DNA of 64,000 bases, from the NCBI GenBank assembly GCA_024654535.1, contig JANLHL010000016.1, forward strand, positions 224,626-288,625, read 5' to 3'. A program made the translations under genes and the position numbers. The notes below the pieces were generated by a model. It ran no database searches. It worked only from the letters and a program-made list of their open reading frames with translations, and had not been told where the DNA came from. Within the stretch, counting starts at the first letter, position 1; each line of letters begins with the position of its first letter. Below, piece after piece: positions 9,692-19,648 of this stretch. Source of the stretch: Candidatus Roizmanbacteria bacterium. GTDB taxonomy: Bacteria > Patescibacteriota > Microgenomatia > UBA1406.

Positions 9692-9790
9692 ATCTACAAG
9701 TATAACAGACTGTATATTTCAAATCCGCTCCAGGAAGGGCGGTTTGGATATTGGACACCGTATATTCAACTCTTCCTGTATACTAAATTC

Positions 9791-10720
9791 ATGCCGGTAA
9801 AAGATGCAATTCAGCAATTTCTCGACTATTGTGAACTCGATCGCAATTTATCACAAAAAACTATTCGCATGTACTCGTACTATCTCGAATTTTTTCACAC
9901 GTGGCTTTCAAGCAACTTTGAAGATATAACCAAAGACATTGAACAACTCACCGATACACACGTGCGTAAATTTCGACTTTTTCTTGCACAACAATATAAA
10001 AATCCCTACAAAGGTATGCTGAAGCGTCAGTCTCAAAATTATTTTCTCATAGCGCTACGATCTATGCTTCGATATCTTGTCCGTGAAGAAATGAGTGTGC
10101 TTTCACCCGACAAAATTTTACTGGGTAAAGTACGCGATCGCGAGATAAAATTCCTCTCTCCTCAAGATCTTGAAAAATTGTGTACAACGCCAAATATTAA
10201 AACACAAACTGGTCTTCGAGATAAGGCAATAATAGAGGTTTTATTTTCAACAGGTCTTCGTGTAGCAGAGCTTGCAGGGCTTAATCGTGACCGGATAAAT
10301 CTTGAAACACGTGAGTTTAACGTGATTGGTAAAGGGGGTCGGGCACGTGTGGTATTTCTATCCAAACGCGCAGCACTCTGGCTGGGCAATTATATTGCCA
10401 AACGCAAAGATGAAGCACCGGCAGTATTCATCCGATACAAAGGAAAAAAAGTAAAAACGCTTGAAGACATGCGCCTCTCCCCGCGCCACATAGAACGCAT
10501 GGTAGAAAAATACCGGAGAGCTGCCGGCATCACGACTAGAATAACTCCCCATGTCCTTCGCCATTCGTTTGCCACCGATCTTCTTATGCATGGCGCTGAT
10601 ATAAGAAGTGTCCAAGAAATGTTAGGCCACAAAAATATTGCAACTACACAAATCTATACCCACGTCACCAACCCACACCTGCGCGATATCCACGAAAAAT
10701 TCCATAGTGGAAACGAATAG
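9791..10720 (+). CDS. XerC/XerD-like tyrosine recombinase
   Basis: [47 protein letters not shown]. Start ATG 9791. Confidence 0.93.
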   Translation: MPVKDAIQQFLDYCELDRNLSQKTIRMYSYYLEFFHTWLSSNFEDITKDIEQLTDTHVRKFRLFLAQQYKNPYKGMLKRQSQNYFLIALRSMLRYLVREEMSVLSPDKILLGKVRDREIKFLSPQDLEKLCTTPNIKTQTGLRDKAIIEVLFSTGLRVAELAGLNRDRINLETREFNVIGKGGRARVVFLSKRAALWLGNYIAKRKDEAPAVFIRYKGKKVKTLEDMRLSPRHIERMVEKYRRAAGITTRITPHVLRHSFATDLLMHGADIRSVQEMLGHKNIATTQIYTHVTNPHLRDIHEKFHSGNE

Positions 10721-10975
10721 TAGAAGTAGTAGCGTCTCATGCCAAACGTAATTTATGAGTGATCGCTACTCTCAGTTCGCGGATAATCCTAAGTTGGTTC
10801 GAACGCGAATTCATTATATTTAGCTTAAAAAAATTAAGCTCGATATGCATGACTACAGTATCCAAATGTATTTAGAGCGATCATTACTCTTTATCCCGAT
10901 TACTTTCGGGATGGTTTGATCGCGACTAAATGCGTTTGGATACGAATGGATAATGAAATAAAAGTTTTTATATTA

Positions 10976-11016
10976 TGTAAAGTAGACTTGACATTTTTTT
11001 TATTCCTCTGTAGTAT
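10976..11016 (+). promoter_or_regulatory. Promoter and palindromic operator of the XRE operon
   Basis: Near-palindrome TGTAAAGTAGACTTGACA (10976-10993) overlapping TTGACA-17-TAGTAT. Confidence 0.65.
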
Positions 11017-11025
11017 GCACATACT

Positions 11026-11250
11026 GTGATAGCCGAAAAAATTAATACATCCAACGTGCAAAAAATACGTAAACAAAATAAATTGACTCAAGAGGAGCTT
11101 GCACAAAATATTGGTGTAACAAGACAAACTATAATTGCAATAGAGAAAGGCAATTACATGCCGAGCGTACTATTAGCACTTAAGATTGCACACTTTTTCA
11201 AAAAACCTGTTGATTACCTATTTGAATATACGACACATGCACAACAATAA
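11026..11250 (+). CDS. XRE/Cro family HTH regulator
   Basis: LTQEELAQNIGVTRQTIIAIEKGNYMPS. Confidence 0.9.
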   Translation: MIAEKINTSNVQKIRKQNKLTQEELAQNIGVTRQTIIAIEKGNYMPSVLLALKIAHFFKKPVDYLFEYTTHAQQ

Positions 11251-11599
11251 AACAGAAATACTTTTAGCAAGCACCGTACTTGCATTACTTTTTTTGCTTA
11301 CTGATCCATTTATGCTTTTTATGCCAAACACACTTCACATGATCATACTTGTCATTCTCGTTCTATTGTTCGGACTCTTTTCAATCTACATTTGGAAAGA
11401 AAAAGCTCGAGATGAACGTGAAGAGCTACATAGAAACATAGCTGGACGTTTTGCGTATTTGGCTGGAGCAGCAATACTACTTGTTGCAATAGTAGTGCAA
11501 AGTTTTCAGCATAGGCTTGATCCATGGCTCCTTGGAGCGCTTTCTGGCATGATCAGCGCAAAAATAATTGGAATCTTATATAGCAAGTATGCGCATTAA
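11237..11599 (+). CDS. Small membrane protein (DUF2178-like)
   Basis: Four TM helices with an RDERE motif; typical partner of XRE regulators. Confidence 0.7.
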   Translation: MHNNKTEILLASTVLALLFLLTDPFMLFMPNTLHMIILVILVLLFGLFSIYIWKEKARDEREELHRNIAGRFAYLAGAAILLVAIVVQSFQHRLDPWLLGALSGMISAKIIGILYSKYAH

Positions 11600-11613
11600 T
11601 AATTAATAAACAA

Positions 11614-12255
11614 ATGATGAAAAAATATATAGTGTACGGGTTATTGGTCGTAAGCGTTATAGCAGTAGGTATTTTTATAGTTCTTAACAACGCCAAGACT
11701 ACCGCAATGAATAAAGATGCGGTTATGGAAAAACCGACAAGTGCGATTGCAAAAGATGAAAAAACAGCGTCTTCAGAAGCAATGATGGAAATAGGTACAG
11801 AAACGATGATGGATGACACAAAAGACACCTCAATGGAAAAGACCGATGACACAACGATGAAGAACGATGTAGAGGATATACAATATTCAGGTAAAATCTT
11901 AGCAGGTACAACAACGCCCTATATCGTCTTTAATCAGCCTGACTATACAAAGGCGAAGAAAGAAGGCAAAACTATACTGCTGAGTTTTTATGCAAATTGG
12001 TGCCCAATATGCCGAGCCGAAGCCCCAGAGCTAAATAAGGGTTTCGACATGCTTACGGCAGAAAATGTCGTCGCCTTTCGAGTCAACTTTAAAGATAGCG
12101 ACACAGATAAAACTGAAGAATCACTAGCGAAGGAATTTAAAATTCCATACCAACATACCAAGGTAATAATTAAGAATGGTACTGTTGTATTAAAAGATGG
12201 AAACCAGTGGGATAGTACAACGCTTGTTGAAAATGTAACTGCGGCGCTACGATGA
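11614..12255 (+). CDS. Membrane-anchored thioredoxin-family protein
   Basis: N-terminal TM, Met-rich linker, WCPIC motif. Confidence 0.85.
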   Translation: MMKKYIVYGLLVVSVIAVGIFIVLNNAKTTAMNKDAVMEKPTSAIAKDEKTASSEAMMEIGTETMMDDTKDTSMEKTDDTTMKNDVEDIQYSGKILAGTTTPYIVFNQPDYTKAKKEGKTILLSFYANWCPICRAEAPELNKGFDMLTAENVVAFRVNFKDSDTDKTEESLAKEFKIPYQHTKVIIKNGTVVLKDGNQWDSTTLVENVTAALR

Positions 12256-13988
12256 CGCTTTTATTTTTTGCATTCCTTTCAGGACTCGTCACTATCCTTG
12301 CCCCATGCATTTGGCCCATTCTACCGGTCGTACTCTCTTCTTCTGCAACGGGAGGTAAACGAACACCTCTGGGTATTACACTGGGTATCATTGTGAGCTT
12401 TGGTGTACTTACCATTTCGCTTTCATACTTAGTATCTATACTCTCATTCGACCCAGATGTCCTGCGATACGGAGCGGTAATCATAATCTTTATAATGGGA
12501 TTATCGCTTCTCATGCCGCCACTGTCTGCCTTACTTGAATCAACAGTTAGTAAAATAAGTGGAAAATTTCTAAGTCAAAAAAGCACACCAGCTCACGGAT
12601 TTGGTAAAGGCTTCATAACAGGATTATCGTTGGGTGTCGTATGGACACCGTGTGCAGGCCCTATACTAGCCACTATAGCTGCGCTTGCCTCAACCCAGAC
12701 ATTCAGTGCTCAACTTTTTTTGGTAACTTTTTTCTACGTTATCGGCCTGGGCATACCGCTCTTTCTGTTTGCACTCGCAGGAAGAAGCATTCTCAAAATA
12801 ACGGTAAAATTAAACCGATTTACCGGACGTGTGCAACAAGTGTTTGGTGCGATTATGATCATTACTGCGTTCCTCATACTTACTGGCTTCGATCGCGTAC
12901 TACAGGCAAAGCTGCTCGACATATTTCCATCGTATTCAACTGCACTCACAAAACTCGAAAATAATTCCTCAGTACAAAAAGGACTTAACGAACTAAAACA
13001 AGACGATACCTCATCGCAGCGGTTCTCATTTGGTACACAGCAAAAATTAAAAGACTATGGTGAAGCTCCTGAATTTACCGGAATCACAAACTGGCTGAAT
13101 GCCGACGGTAAGCCACTGACAATGAGTCAGTTGAAAGGAAAAGTTGTGCTTGTCGACTTCTGGACGTACACCTGTATAAATTGTATTCGTACACTACCAC
13201 AGGTAAAGGAATGGTACGACAAATACCACGATAAGGGCCTTGTGATAGTCGGCGTGCATACACCTGAGTTCGAATTTGAAAAAAAGACCGAAAACGTAGA
13301 GAAAGCACTCGAACAATTTAAAATACAGTATCCGGTTGCCCAAGACAATAATTACACAACATGGAACGCGTACAACAATCTCTACTGGCCGGCAAAATAT
13401 TTAATTGATGCAAAAGGACACATCCGTTACACGCACTTTGGAGAAGGGGAATATGATACAACAGAACAGGCTATTCGAACACTCCTTGAAGAAAAGGGGA
13501 CCACTACCCTACCGCAACCCAAAAAAAGCGCCCCCGACGATACCCCACAAAATGCTCTCACACCAGAAACATATTTGGGAACGGCACGTTTGGAACGTTT
13601 TACTTCACATGAAAGCGCCATAGATGGCTCCAGAACATACACAAACACAGAAGCGATTCCCCTACATTCATTTGCCTATAGAGGACAATGGAAACTTTCT
13701 CCTGAATATGCTCAACCACAAAAAACAGCCTTACTCACGCTCCATTTCCGAGCGCAAAAGGTGTTTCTCGTTATGACTCCCCTCACTTCGAACCAAAAAA
13801 TACGCGTTTTGCTCGATGGAAAGACTATCACTGCTGTAGATTCGGGACAAGACGTACACGACGGATATATACTCCTTGATACATCACGCCTCTACGAACT
13901 CGTGAAACTAAACGACGTACAGGAACATAGACTACAACTAGAATTTATAACATCAGACGTAGAAGTATTTGCATTTACGTTTGGCTAG
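12252..13988 (+). CDS. dipZ: DipZ-like protein (DsbD/CcdA TM domain, thioredoxin, C-terminal domain)
   Basis: APCIWPILP and WTPCAGPIL motifs; DFWTYTCINC; GVHTPEF; TPETYLG. Confidence 0.9.
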   Translation: MTLLFFAFLSGLVTILAPCIWPILPVVLSSSATGGKRTPLGITLGIIVSFGVLTISLSYLVSILSFDPDVLRYGAVIIIFIMGLSLLMPPLSALLESTVSKISGKFLSQKSTPAHGFGKGFITGLSLGVVWTPCAGPILATIAALASTQTFSAQLFLVTFFYVIGLGIPLFLFALAGRSILKITVKLNRFTGRVQQVFGAIMIITAFLILTGFDRVLQAKLLDIFPSYSTALTKLENNSSVQKGLNELKQDDTSSQRFSFGTQQKLKDYGEAPEFTGITNWLNADGKPLTMSQLKGKVVLVDFWTYTCINCIRTLPQVKEWYDKYHDKGLVIVGVHTPEFEFEKKTENVEKALEQFKIQYPVAQDNNYTTWNAYNNLYWPAKYLIDAKGHIRYTHFGEGEYDTTEQAIRTLLEEKGTTTLPQPKKSAPDDTPQNALTPETYLGTARLERFTSHESAIDGSRTYTNTEAIPLHSFAYRGQWKLSPEYAQPQKTALLTLHFRAQKVFLVMTPLTSNQKIRVLLDGKTITAVDSGQDVHDGYILLDTSRLYELVKLNDVQEHRLQLEFITSDVEVFAFTFG

Positions 13989-14773
13989 AATTGTAATTAT
14001 TGCTTATAGATCTCCCTTCGGTATTTCATTGCGGGCTCTTATCCCCATTACACGTGCCTCTGTATGTATCGCATAGACATATGAGGGCTAAATTACACCA
14101 GATACATATAGAAACACGTGGAGAATAGGGAATTCGTGCTTATGATTGGATAGTTTAGCCTGTCGTGATAGGCCATAGTACTATTTTTTATAGAAAAGTT
14201 GTTTAGAAATGTCATTTAAGGGCACTTATGTCATGGATAGAGGAATATGAACAAAATAAAAACGGATATGGCGCGAAATAATTGCGGAAAATACAAAGAA
14301 ATAGTTCAGAACAAATACACATAGCCTCCTCCGCTACGTAGGCTATACGTCGTTAAAGATACATTTTACGACGTATGGTAGACTTCTCTTTTTGCGGGAA
14401 TTTATAGCAAAATCACTTCTTTTGACTACAGATCTTTTAGGAGAATATATCATTACTCTTTCTATGATATAGGTACACAATTCCATGGGATATATTCAAA
14501 ATTATGTAGAAATAATCGTAAAATAGACACTCCTCCGTATGGAGAGGTGTGGTAGTGCTTTACGGTCTCTAGCAAGCTTATGCGTTGTGTGCAAACATAT
14601 TCTCTACACATCTGTTTTTCGTCCAGTTATCCACACTCTTATTTTCGTACGATCGTGAATATTATAGGATACTGCTATATTTACTATAGGACATTGTTCA
14701 CGTCCGTGTACTTTCCCCTCTTCCCTCCTTCGTGCATTGGTCTATACGAGTTGTTCTAACAGTCTTTTTTTCT

Positions 14774-15571
14774 TTAAAATTGCATTGATAAAACTATAAA
14801 TGCAATAAGAATACCGTACACAACGATATATTCTTTAATACGATTTAAATATACCGTGTCTTGTATAATCTCCTGAGCGACACCAATAAGGAAATAGGCC
14901 ATTGCAACGTTCAAAATGGCGTATATAGTGGTTTTAAGGGGCAAGAAGCTCGCAAATATAATGCCAAACCCCAAAAGCACTGAAAGCAGCGTACTCATCT
15001 TGTACACTCTCTCCTCAAGTACAGACATTGGGTTTGCTATCCATAGGCTATGAAAAAAGAGTGGAAACGAAGCTAACATACCTATAAAAGATGCAAGTAG
15101 ATAGTTCAAGCCAAATGAAAAAAGAATAGTAAACATGAGGAGTAGTATGAGGAGGATAATAAAGTTAGTTACTGAGTATGCGGCTCTGTAAAGAGCAAGC
15201 GTCTTCTCTACTCCCACGTTAAAGATGTTCTCGGAGAGAAGTATGGCATATAACATAATGCCGTACAGAACGACGAAAGGTATACGCGTTAACAATCGGA
15301 CGGGTAAAAGATAGTAAAACAAGAGGGCAATAGCTGTAAGACTGAGGGGCAATATAAAAAGCTGTATCCACTCTATACCCTCTATATTCTCAAGTATGCC
15401 AATATATGTTACAAAATAAGCCAATAGCAAGAGAGGCAATATGTGAAATAGCGCCATGTGATAAGGTAGGTACGTTATCGCAAACAAATATATAGACAGG
15501 ATTGCACACGATAGTGCAAAACGTTTTCGCTTCCCTATTTCTATAAGTATATTTCTGAACTTGTGTATCAT
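14774..15571 (-). CDS. Conserved multi-TM hypothetical protein
   Basis: About 9 hydrophobic segments; overlaps the yebC stop codon. Confidence 0.75.
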   Translation of the reverse strand: MIHKFRNILIEIGKRKRFALSCAILSIYLFAITYLPYHMALFHILPLLLLAYFVTYIGILENIEGIEWIQLFILPLSLTAIALLFYYLLPVRLLTRIPFVVLYGIMLYAILLSENIFNVGVEKTLALYRAAYSVTNFIILLILLLMFTILFSFGLNYLLASFIGMLASFPLFFHSLWIANPMSVLEERVYKMSTLLSVLLGFGIIFASFLPLKTTIYAILNVAMAYFLIGVAQEIIQDTVYLNRIKEYIVVYGILIAFIVLSMQF

Positions 15572-16284
15572 TCGTGGAAAGTAAAATTCACAAATACATC
15601 TTGAACATCATCAAGCTCTTCTAGACTTTCGAGAATTCCACAGGCACGCTCGTAGTCATTTTCAGTAAGTGTTAATGGGCTCAAGGGTCTATATTCTACA
15701 GCAACAGATACTGGAATTTTCAATTCATCGGCGCTCCGTAGAGCCTCAGACATAGCTTCATACGCTATGACTAGTTCATATCCATCCTCCACTTTTTCTA
15801 TATCGCTTGCAGTAACTACATCTGCTAAACGAAACGCACCATTCTCATCTACTGTACGAGCTGTAGTGAGAACTCCACATTTATTAAATAAGTACGAAAT
15901 TGCCCCCTTCTCTCCTAGTTTTGATTGAGCTTTTGTAAATACAAGTCTCACTTCTCCCAACGTACGGTTTGTATTATCAGTTGCAACATGTATCAAAAAA
16001 GCACTTCCGCCTGGCCCAATTCCTTCATATATCGCCTCAATTAAAGACTCTTTTTGTGTGGATTTATCCAAAATTCTTTGTATATTTTCCTTGGGCAAAT
16101 TAAATGCTTTAGCCTTTTCTATAGCTGTTCTCAAGTATGCGTTTAAATTTGGATCGACTACATTCCCACCCTCTTTAATGGCAAAAAGTATATCTTTGCT
16201 CGCGCGAGCAAACGCTTTCCCTTTTTGTTGATCAACCGATTCTTTTTTTCTTTTTATTGTTGCCCAGTGCGAATGTCCTGACAT
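15568..16284 (-). CDS. yebC: YebC/PmpR family protein
   Basis: MSGHSHWATIKRKK, YEGIGPGG, TDNTNRT, LEELDDVQDV. Confidence 0.95.
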   Translation of the reverse strand: MSGHSHWATIKRKKESVDQQKGKAFARASKDILFAIKEGGNVVDPNLNAYLRTAIEKAKAFNLPKENIQRILDKSTQKESLIEAIYEGIGPGGSAFLIHVATDNTNRTLGEVRLVFTKAQSKLGEKGAISYLFNKCGVLTTARTVDENGAFRLADVVTASDIEKVEDGYELVIAYEAMSEALRSADELKIPVSVAVEYRPLSPLTLTENDYERACGILESLEELDDVQDVFVNFTFHE

Positions 16285-16380
16285 GAATTACAGTATACCA
16301 CGAAAACATAAATCTCATTTATAAGCTTCATTATTAAGAATAGATTGACTTTTTTCTTGTTACCTTTATACTAGGCAGGT

Positions 16381-17202
16381 ATGAATGACATTGCAACAGA
16401 AAAAGAAAAAGAGAAAGCAGTAGAACTCAGCCTAAACGGTAAGTTTGATGAAGCATCTATTATCCTCAGAAATGTATTGGAAAGAACCCCTGAAGATACC
16501 GATGCACTGCTTCAACTTGCACACTGCAATATGCAGAGCGGCAATTTAAAAGAAGCACAAAAACTTTATAAACTCGTAGTAAGACTAGAGCCCAATAACC
16601 TTCTCGCTCAAAAAAAATTATTAGTCATTACTTCCCTTCTTCAAAAGAATCTTCAAAAAGTAAAACGAAATTGTGGAAGGATCATACCGATAACATATCT
16701 TATTGAAGAGCCTGGCAAGGCCAAAATAGTACGGCTTTCTACAATTGGCAAAACAGAAGATATTTCTCGCCTGAACATAGGAGAAGAAGTTTTCCTTAAA
16801 ATTAGAAAAAGAAAGATAGAAGTACGCGATGCAGACAGCAATTTTGTAGGCTACCTACCTGATGATATTTCAAAACGTCTAACGGAACTAATGAACGGTG
16901 AATGCAAATATGAAGCGTTCATATTTGTCGTCGATAAAAATGAATGCAAAATATTTGTCCGAGAAATTAAAAAAGCGCATGCTTTCTCCTCAGTCTCAAG
17001 CTTCCCTCTCGACGTTTCTTTACTTCACGAGGAAGAGGAAGAAGAAGAGGAAGAGGAAGATTCATTAGATCTAGATTCTGAAGACACTATTATTCATACC
17101 GAAGAAGATCTTACGAGCTCAGACAGAACAAAGAGAAAAAAAACAGAAGAGGAAGAGGAAGAAGAGGAAGAAGAAGCAGACTACAATGAATACGAAGAAT
17201 AG
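16381..17202 (+). CDS. TPR-containing protein with highly acidic C-terminal tail
   Basis: TPR-like helices, IEEPGK and GYLPDD motifs, two poly-Glu tracts. Confidence 0.8.
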   Translation: MNDIATEKEKEKAVELSLNGKFDEASIILRNVLERTPEDTDALLQLAHCNMQSGNLKEAQKLYKLVVRLEPNNLLAQKKLLVITSLLQKNLQKVKRNCGRIIPITYLIEEPGKAKIVRLSTIGKTEDISRLNIGEEVFLKIRKRKIEVRDADSNFVGYLPDDISKRLTELMNGECKYEAFIFVVDKNECKIFVREIKKAHAFSSVSSFPLDVSLLHEEEEEEEEEEDSLDLDSEDTIIHTEEDLTSSDRTKRKKTEEEEEEEEEEADYNEYEE

Positions 17203-17363
17203 TGCGTCGATTTTTTCCCTTTATGGAAAATGATTGAGCCTTTTACCGAATCACGCCTTAGTGCTTTGTGAATATTGCCCACACCACGTTCTCCATTATA
17301 ATCTCTCAATGACCAAGCGGCTAAGATAATAGACGTAATAAAAATAACCCCAATAATAAACAT
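17181..17363 (-). CDS. Small membrane-anchored hypothetical protein
   Basis: N-terminal TM; start overlaps the stop of the upstream gene. Confidence 0.55.
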   Translation of the reverse strand: MFIIGVIFITSIILAAWSLRDYNGERGVGNIHKALRRDSVKGSIIFHKGKKSTHYSSYSL

Positions 17364-18277
17364 TATCTATATATTGTACCAATTTTAGTATCGATATAAA
17401 AATCTATGATACCTCGAGAGTATGGGTCTGATTCATTCAGCTTTATAGAACAACCAAAATATCTCGCAAGAGAGCTAAATGTATTTTTGTGCTGAGATGC
17501 TCCAATGAGTATGCATGTATCGGGAGTGTGCTCGACCGTCTCTACATCTAATACCTTCATGCCTGCGCCCTCAATTATTCTCCCTATACGCGTACCTGCA
17601 CTATAGAGTTCTTGAGTTGTGTAGACATTCACCGCACCGTCGCTAGATGGATATGTCCAATACAAAAAACCTTTCACTGTTAAATCTAGTTTTTCTGCAC
17701 TGTAGCGCATCCCATTTTTTTTTGTCTGAACTAAACCAGTCGATCCATCAACAAATACTAATTTATCTTTCCGTGTCGCAAGGATGGAACGAAAAAAATA
17801 CCAATCTATCAAATTCCTTGTCGAAATTTTGTATTGTCTTGATAATGGTGCCAAAAACGAACGCCTCTTTGTTAGAAACCACTCTATAAATGGATCTGAT
17901 GATTCATCGATAATATCTGAATGAGTTGGCATAATTACGGCGTCAATGGGTGCTCCGACAAGCTCTTCAAAGGTATGACGAGCTATTACAAATCCTTTAT
18001 GTTCAATTTCTTCCAAGAGTGGCACACTATTTAAACTATACCACCCATACCCTCCTGGTACCGTCACTTGAGCACTGGTATTGAAGTAGATAACATTCGC
18101 GATGCTTGTTTTTTTGTCATAGGAAAGGACAAAAGCATGTGGTGCAAGCACCGCAATACTTATTCGGTTACGAGAAGAGAAAAATAACGATTGTCGTACT
18201 GTTTGAATAACGCCTAGCAATAAGACAAAGGCTAAAATTAAAAATAGAGGTACATAAGAAAACTTCGAACTTCGCAT
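17363..18277 (-). CDS. Membrane-anchored LCP/LytR-like hypothetical protein
   Basis: N-terminal TM, VPGGYG motif, LytR_C-like C-terminus. Confidence 0.55.
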   Translation of the reverse strand: MRSSKFSYVPLFLILAFVLLLGVIQTVRQSLFFSSRNRISIAVLAPHAFVLSYDKKTSIANVIYFNTSAQVTVPGGYGWYSLNSVPLLEEIEHKGFVIARHTFEELVGAPIDAVIMPTHSDIIDESSDPFIEWFLTKRRSFLAPLSRQYKISTRNLIDWYFFRSILATRKDKLVFVDGSTGLVQTKKNGMRYSAEKLDLTVKGFLYWTYPSSDGAVNVYTTQELYSAGTRIGRIIEGAGMKVLDVETVEHTPDTCILIGASQHKNTFSSLARYFGCSIKLNESDPYSRGIIDFYIDTKIGTIYR

Positions 18278-18317
18278 ATATTTATTATAGCCTATATGCG
18301 CCTAAAACCCGAGCTCT

Positions 18318-18680
18318 TCACTTACTTGCGCATTCTATACAGTACAGAGCAAAGGGATTGGATGAGAGTCTATCAGTATTGATTAATTGGTCACATTTTT
18401 TGCACATGCCATATTTTCCTTCATCTACTCGCTCAAGTGCCATATCGATTTCTTTTATTTTTCTCTCAAGTGCGCTTTTATTTGCCGTTGCGTGTTCATG
18501 TAAAATATCTTCGGTAGCATCAACAGTAACATCTGCGCTATTTGTCGTCGATTCTCTATCATGGTATGGATCTTCCTCGCTTATTTGCGAGAGTCTTTTT
18601 TCAGCATTTTTTTTCTCACTCAAAAAAAATGCTTTTATATCAGTTAACAATTCCTTTGGATACTGTTGTGTCTTCGCCAT
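18318..18680 (-). CDS. DksA/TraR C4-type zinc finger protein
   Basis: Coiled coil, ALERVDEGKYGMCKKC...RL..NP.A..CIEC. Confidence 0.9.
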   Translation of the reverse strand: MAKTQQYPKELLTDIKAFFLSEKKNAEKRLSQISEEDPYHDRESTTNSADVTVDATEDILHEHATANKSALERKIKEIDMALERVDEGKYGMCKKCDQLINTDRLSSNPFALYCIECASK

Positions 18681-18712
18681 GAATTTTAAGTATATCAAAT
18701 AAATTTATAATA

Positions 18713-19414
18713 TCACTGTTTTTTCTTCATAAAGCAGAAGACAAGCTTTATTGAACTCAATACACATACAAACAGAAAAAACCATACTTCTACAGACGAA
18801 AAGATAATACGCAAACCAGGTCCTACCGATAAATTTGTAGTAAATTCTATAGCGCTAAACAGCACTAGCAATAGCGTAATTGTGCAACGGTGTGTAAGCT
18901 TATTCAACTGTTCTTTTTGGCGTATGTAGGGCAAAAAAAACAAGACGGTAACAAAGAGCAACAAACGTACAAACTCTTGCCAAAACGGATTATGGAGCAT
19001 ATTTAAAAACGAATAGACGGTAAAAAAAGTAAAAAAAGGTACAAAAAACAAATGGAGGACTTCAATAAAATTTTCTTTATATTTCTTTGTCAGAAGATAC
19101 ATACAGAGGAAAAATCCAAAAACTGTACCAAATAATGAAAATCCAGGGAAAATATAGACAATGAAAAAATTAAGTGGATTCAGAGCAAACGCAGGGTTTT
19201 CAGTAAAAAAGAATGTCAGTCGCCCCAAGGCCAAACCTGCACATAAAGATAAAAACAACATATCAAAAAATCTCTCTTCCTTAAATGAGCTTCTATGCAA
19301 TTCTCTCCATAAAAAGAAAAGTGCAACAACAAACGAAATAGCAAGTAATATACCGTAGCCAAAAGTGTTAAGGAGAGGAAACGCCTTGGGAAAAAATTTA
19401 GATAATTGATTCAT
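18713..19414 (-). CDS. Lgt-like membrane protein
   Basis: YGILLAISF..., GRL, GFSLFG resemble the N-terminal half of Lgt; C-terminal catalytic motifs not evident. Confidence 0.5.
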   Translation of the reverse strand: MNQLSKFFPKAFPLLNTFGYGILLAISFVVALFFLWRELHRSSFKEERFFDMLFLSLCAGLALGRLTFFFTENPAFALNPLNFFIVYIFPGFSLFGTVFGFFLCMYLLTKKYKENFIEVLHLFFVPFFTFFTVYSFLNMLHNPFWQEFVRLLLFVTVLFFLPYIRQKEQLNKLTHRCTITLLLVLFSAIEFTTNLSVGPGLRIIFSSVEVWFFLFVCVLSSIKLVFCFMKKKQ

Positions 19415-19485
19415 CTGTACCTATTGTATACTGCTTTGCACAAAATTTAAATGCTAGATTCAGTTTGTGTGTTAAAATGTGTTGA

Positions 19486-19517
19486 CTGACAGCTGATAGC
19501 CAATAGCTAAAGGCTAA
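19486..19517 (+). repeat. Degenerate heptamer tandem repeat in the tRNA leader
   Basis: ctgacag ctgatag ccaatag ctaaagg ctaa. Confidence 0.55.
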
Positions 19518-19522
19518 TGTAT

Positions 19523-19606
19523 GCCAGAGTGGCGGAACTGGTAGACGCGCACGGTTTAGGGCCGTGTGTCTTTATTGACGTGTGGGTTCAAGTCCCACCT
19601 CTGGCA
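19523..19606 (+). tRNA. tRNA-Leu(TAG)
   Basis: GCCAGAG/CTCTGGC acceptor stem, CACGG-TTTAGGG-CCGTG anticodon arm, long variable arm, GGTTCAAGTCC; CCA not encoded. Confidence 0.97.
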
Positions 19607-19648
19607 CAAGTCAAAATTAAGAGTTAAACGTGTACAATTGAGGACTAC

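Noticed and set aside
9791..10943. Integron (IntI + attC) or prophage integrase
   Set aside because: The recombinase looks Xer-like with no evident IntI insertion, the hairpin lacks a canonical RYYYAAC/GTTRRRY pair, and no phage genes are present.
10956..10983. dif site near the xer gene
   Set aside because: Only a XerD-like half (TTATGTAAAGT) is present with no matching left arm; it is better explained by the XRE operator.
14627..14635. oriC
   Set aside because: Only one clear DnaA box, no dnaA/dnaN nearby, and no obvious strand-composition switch by eye.
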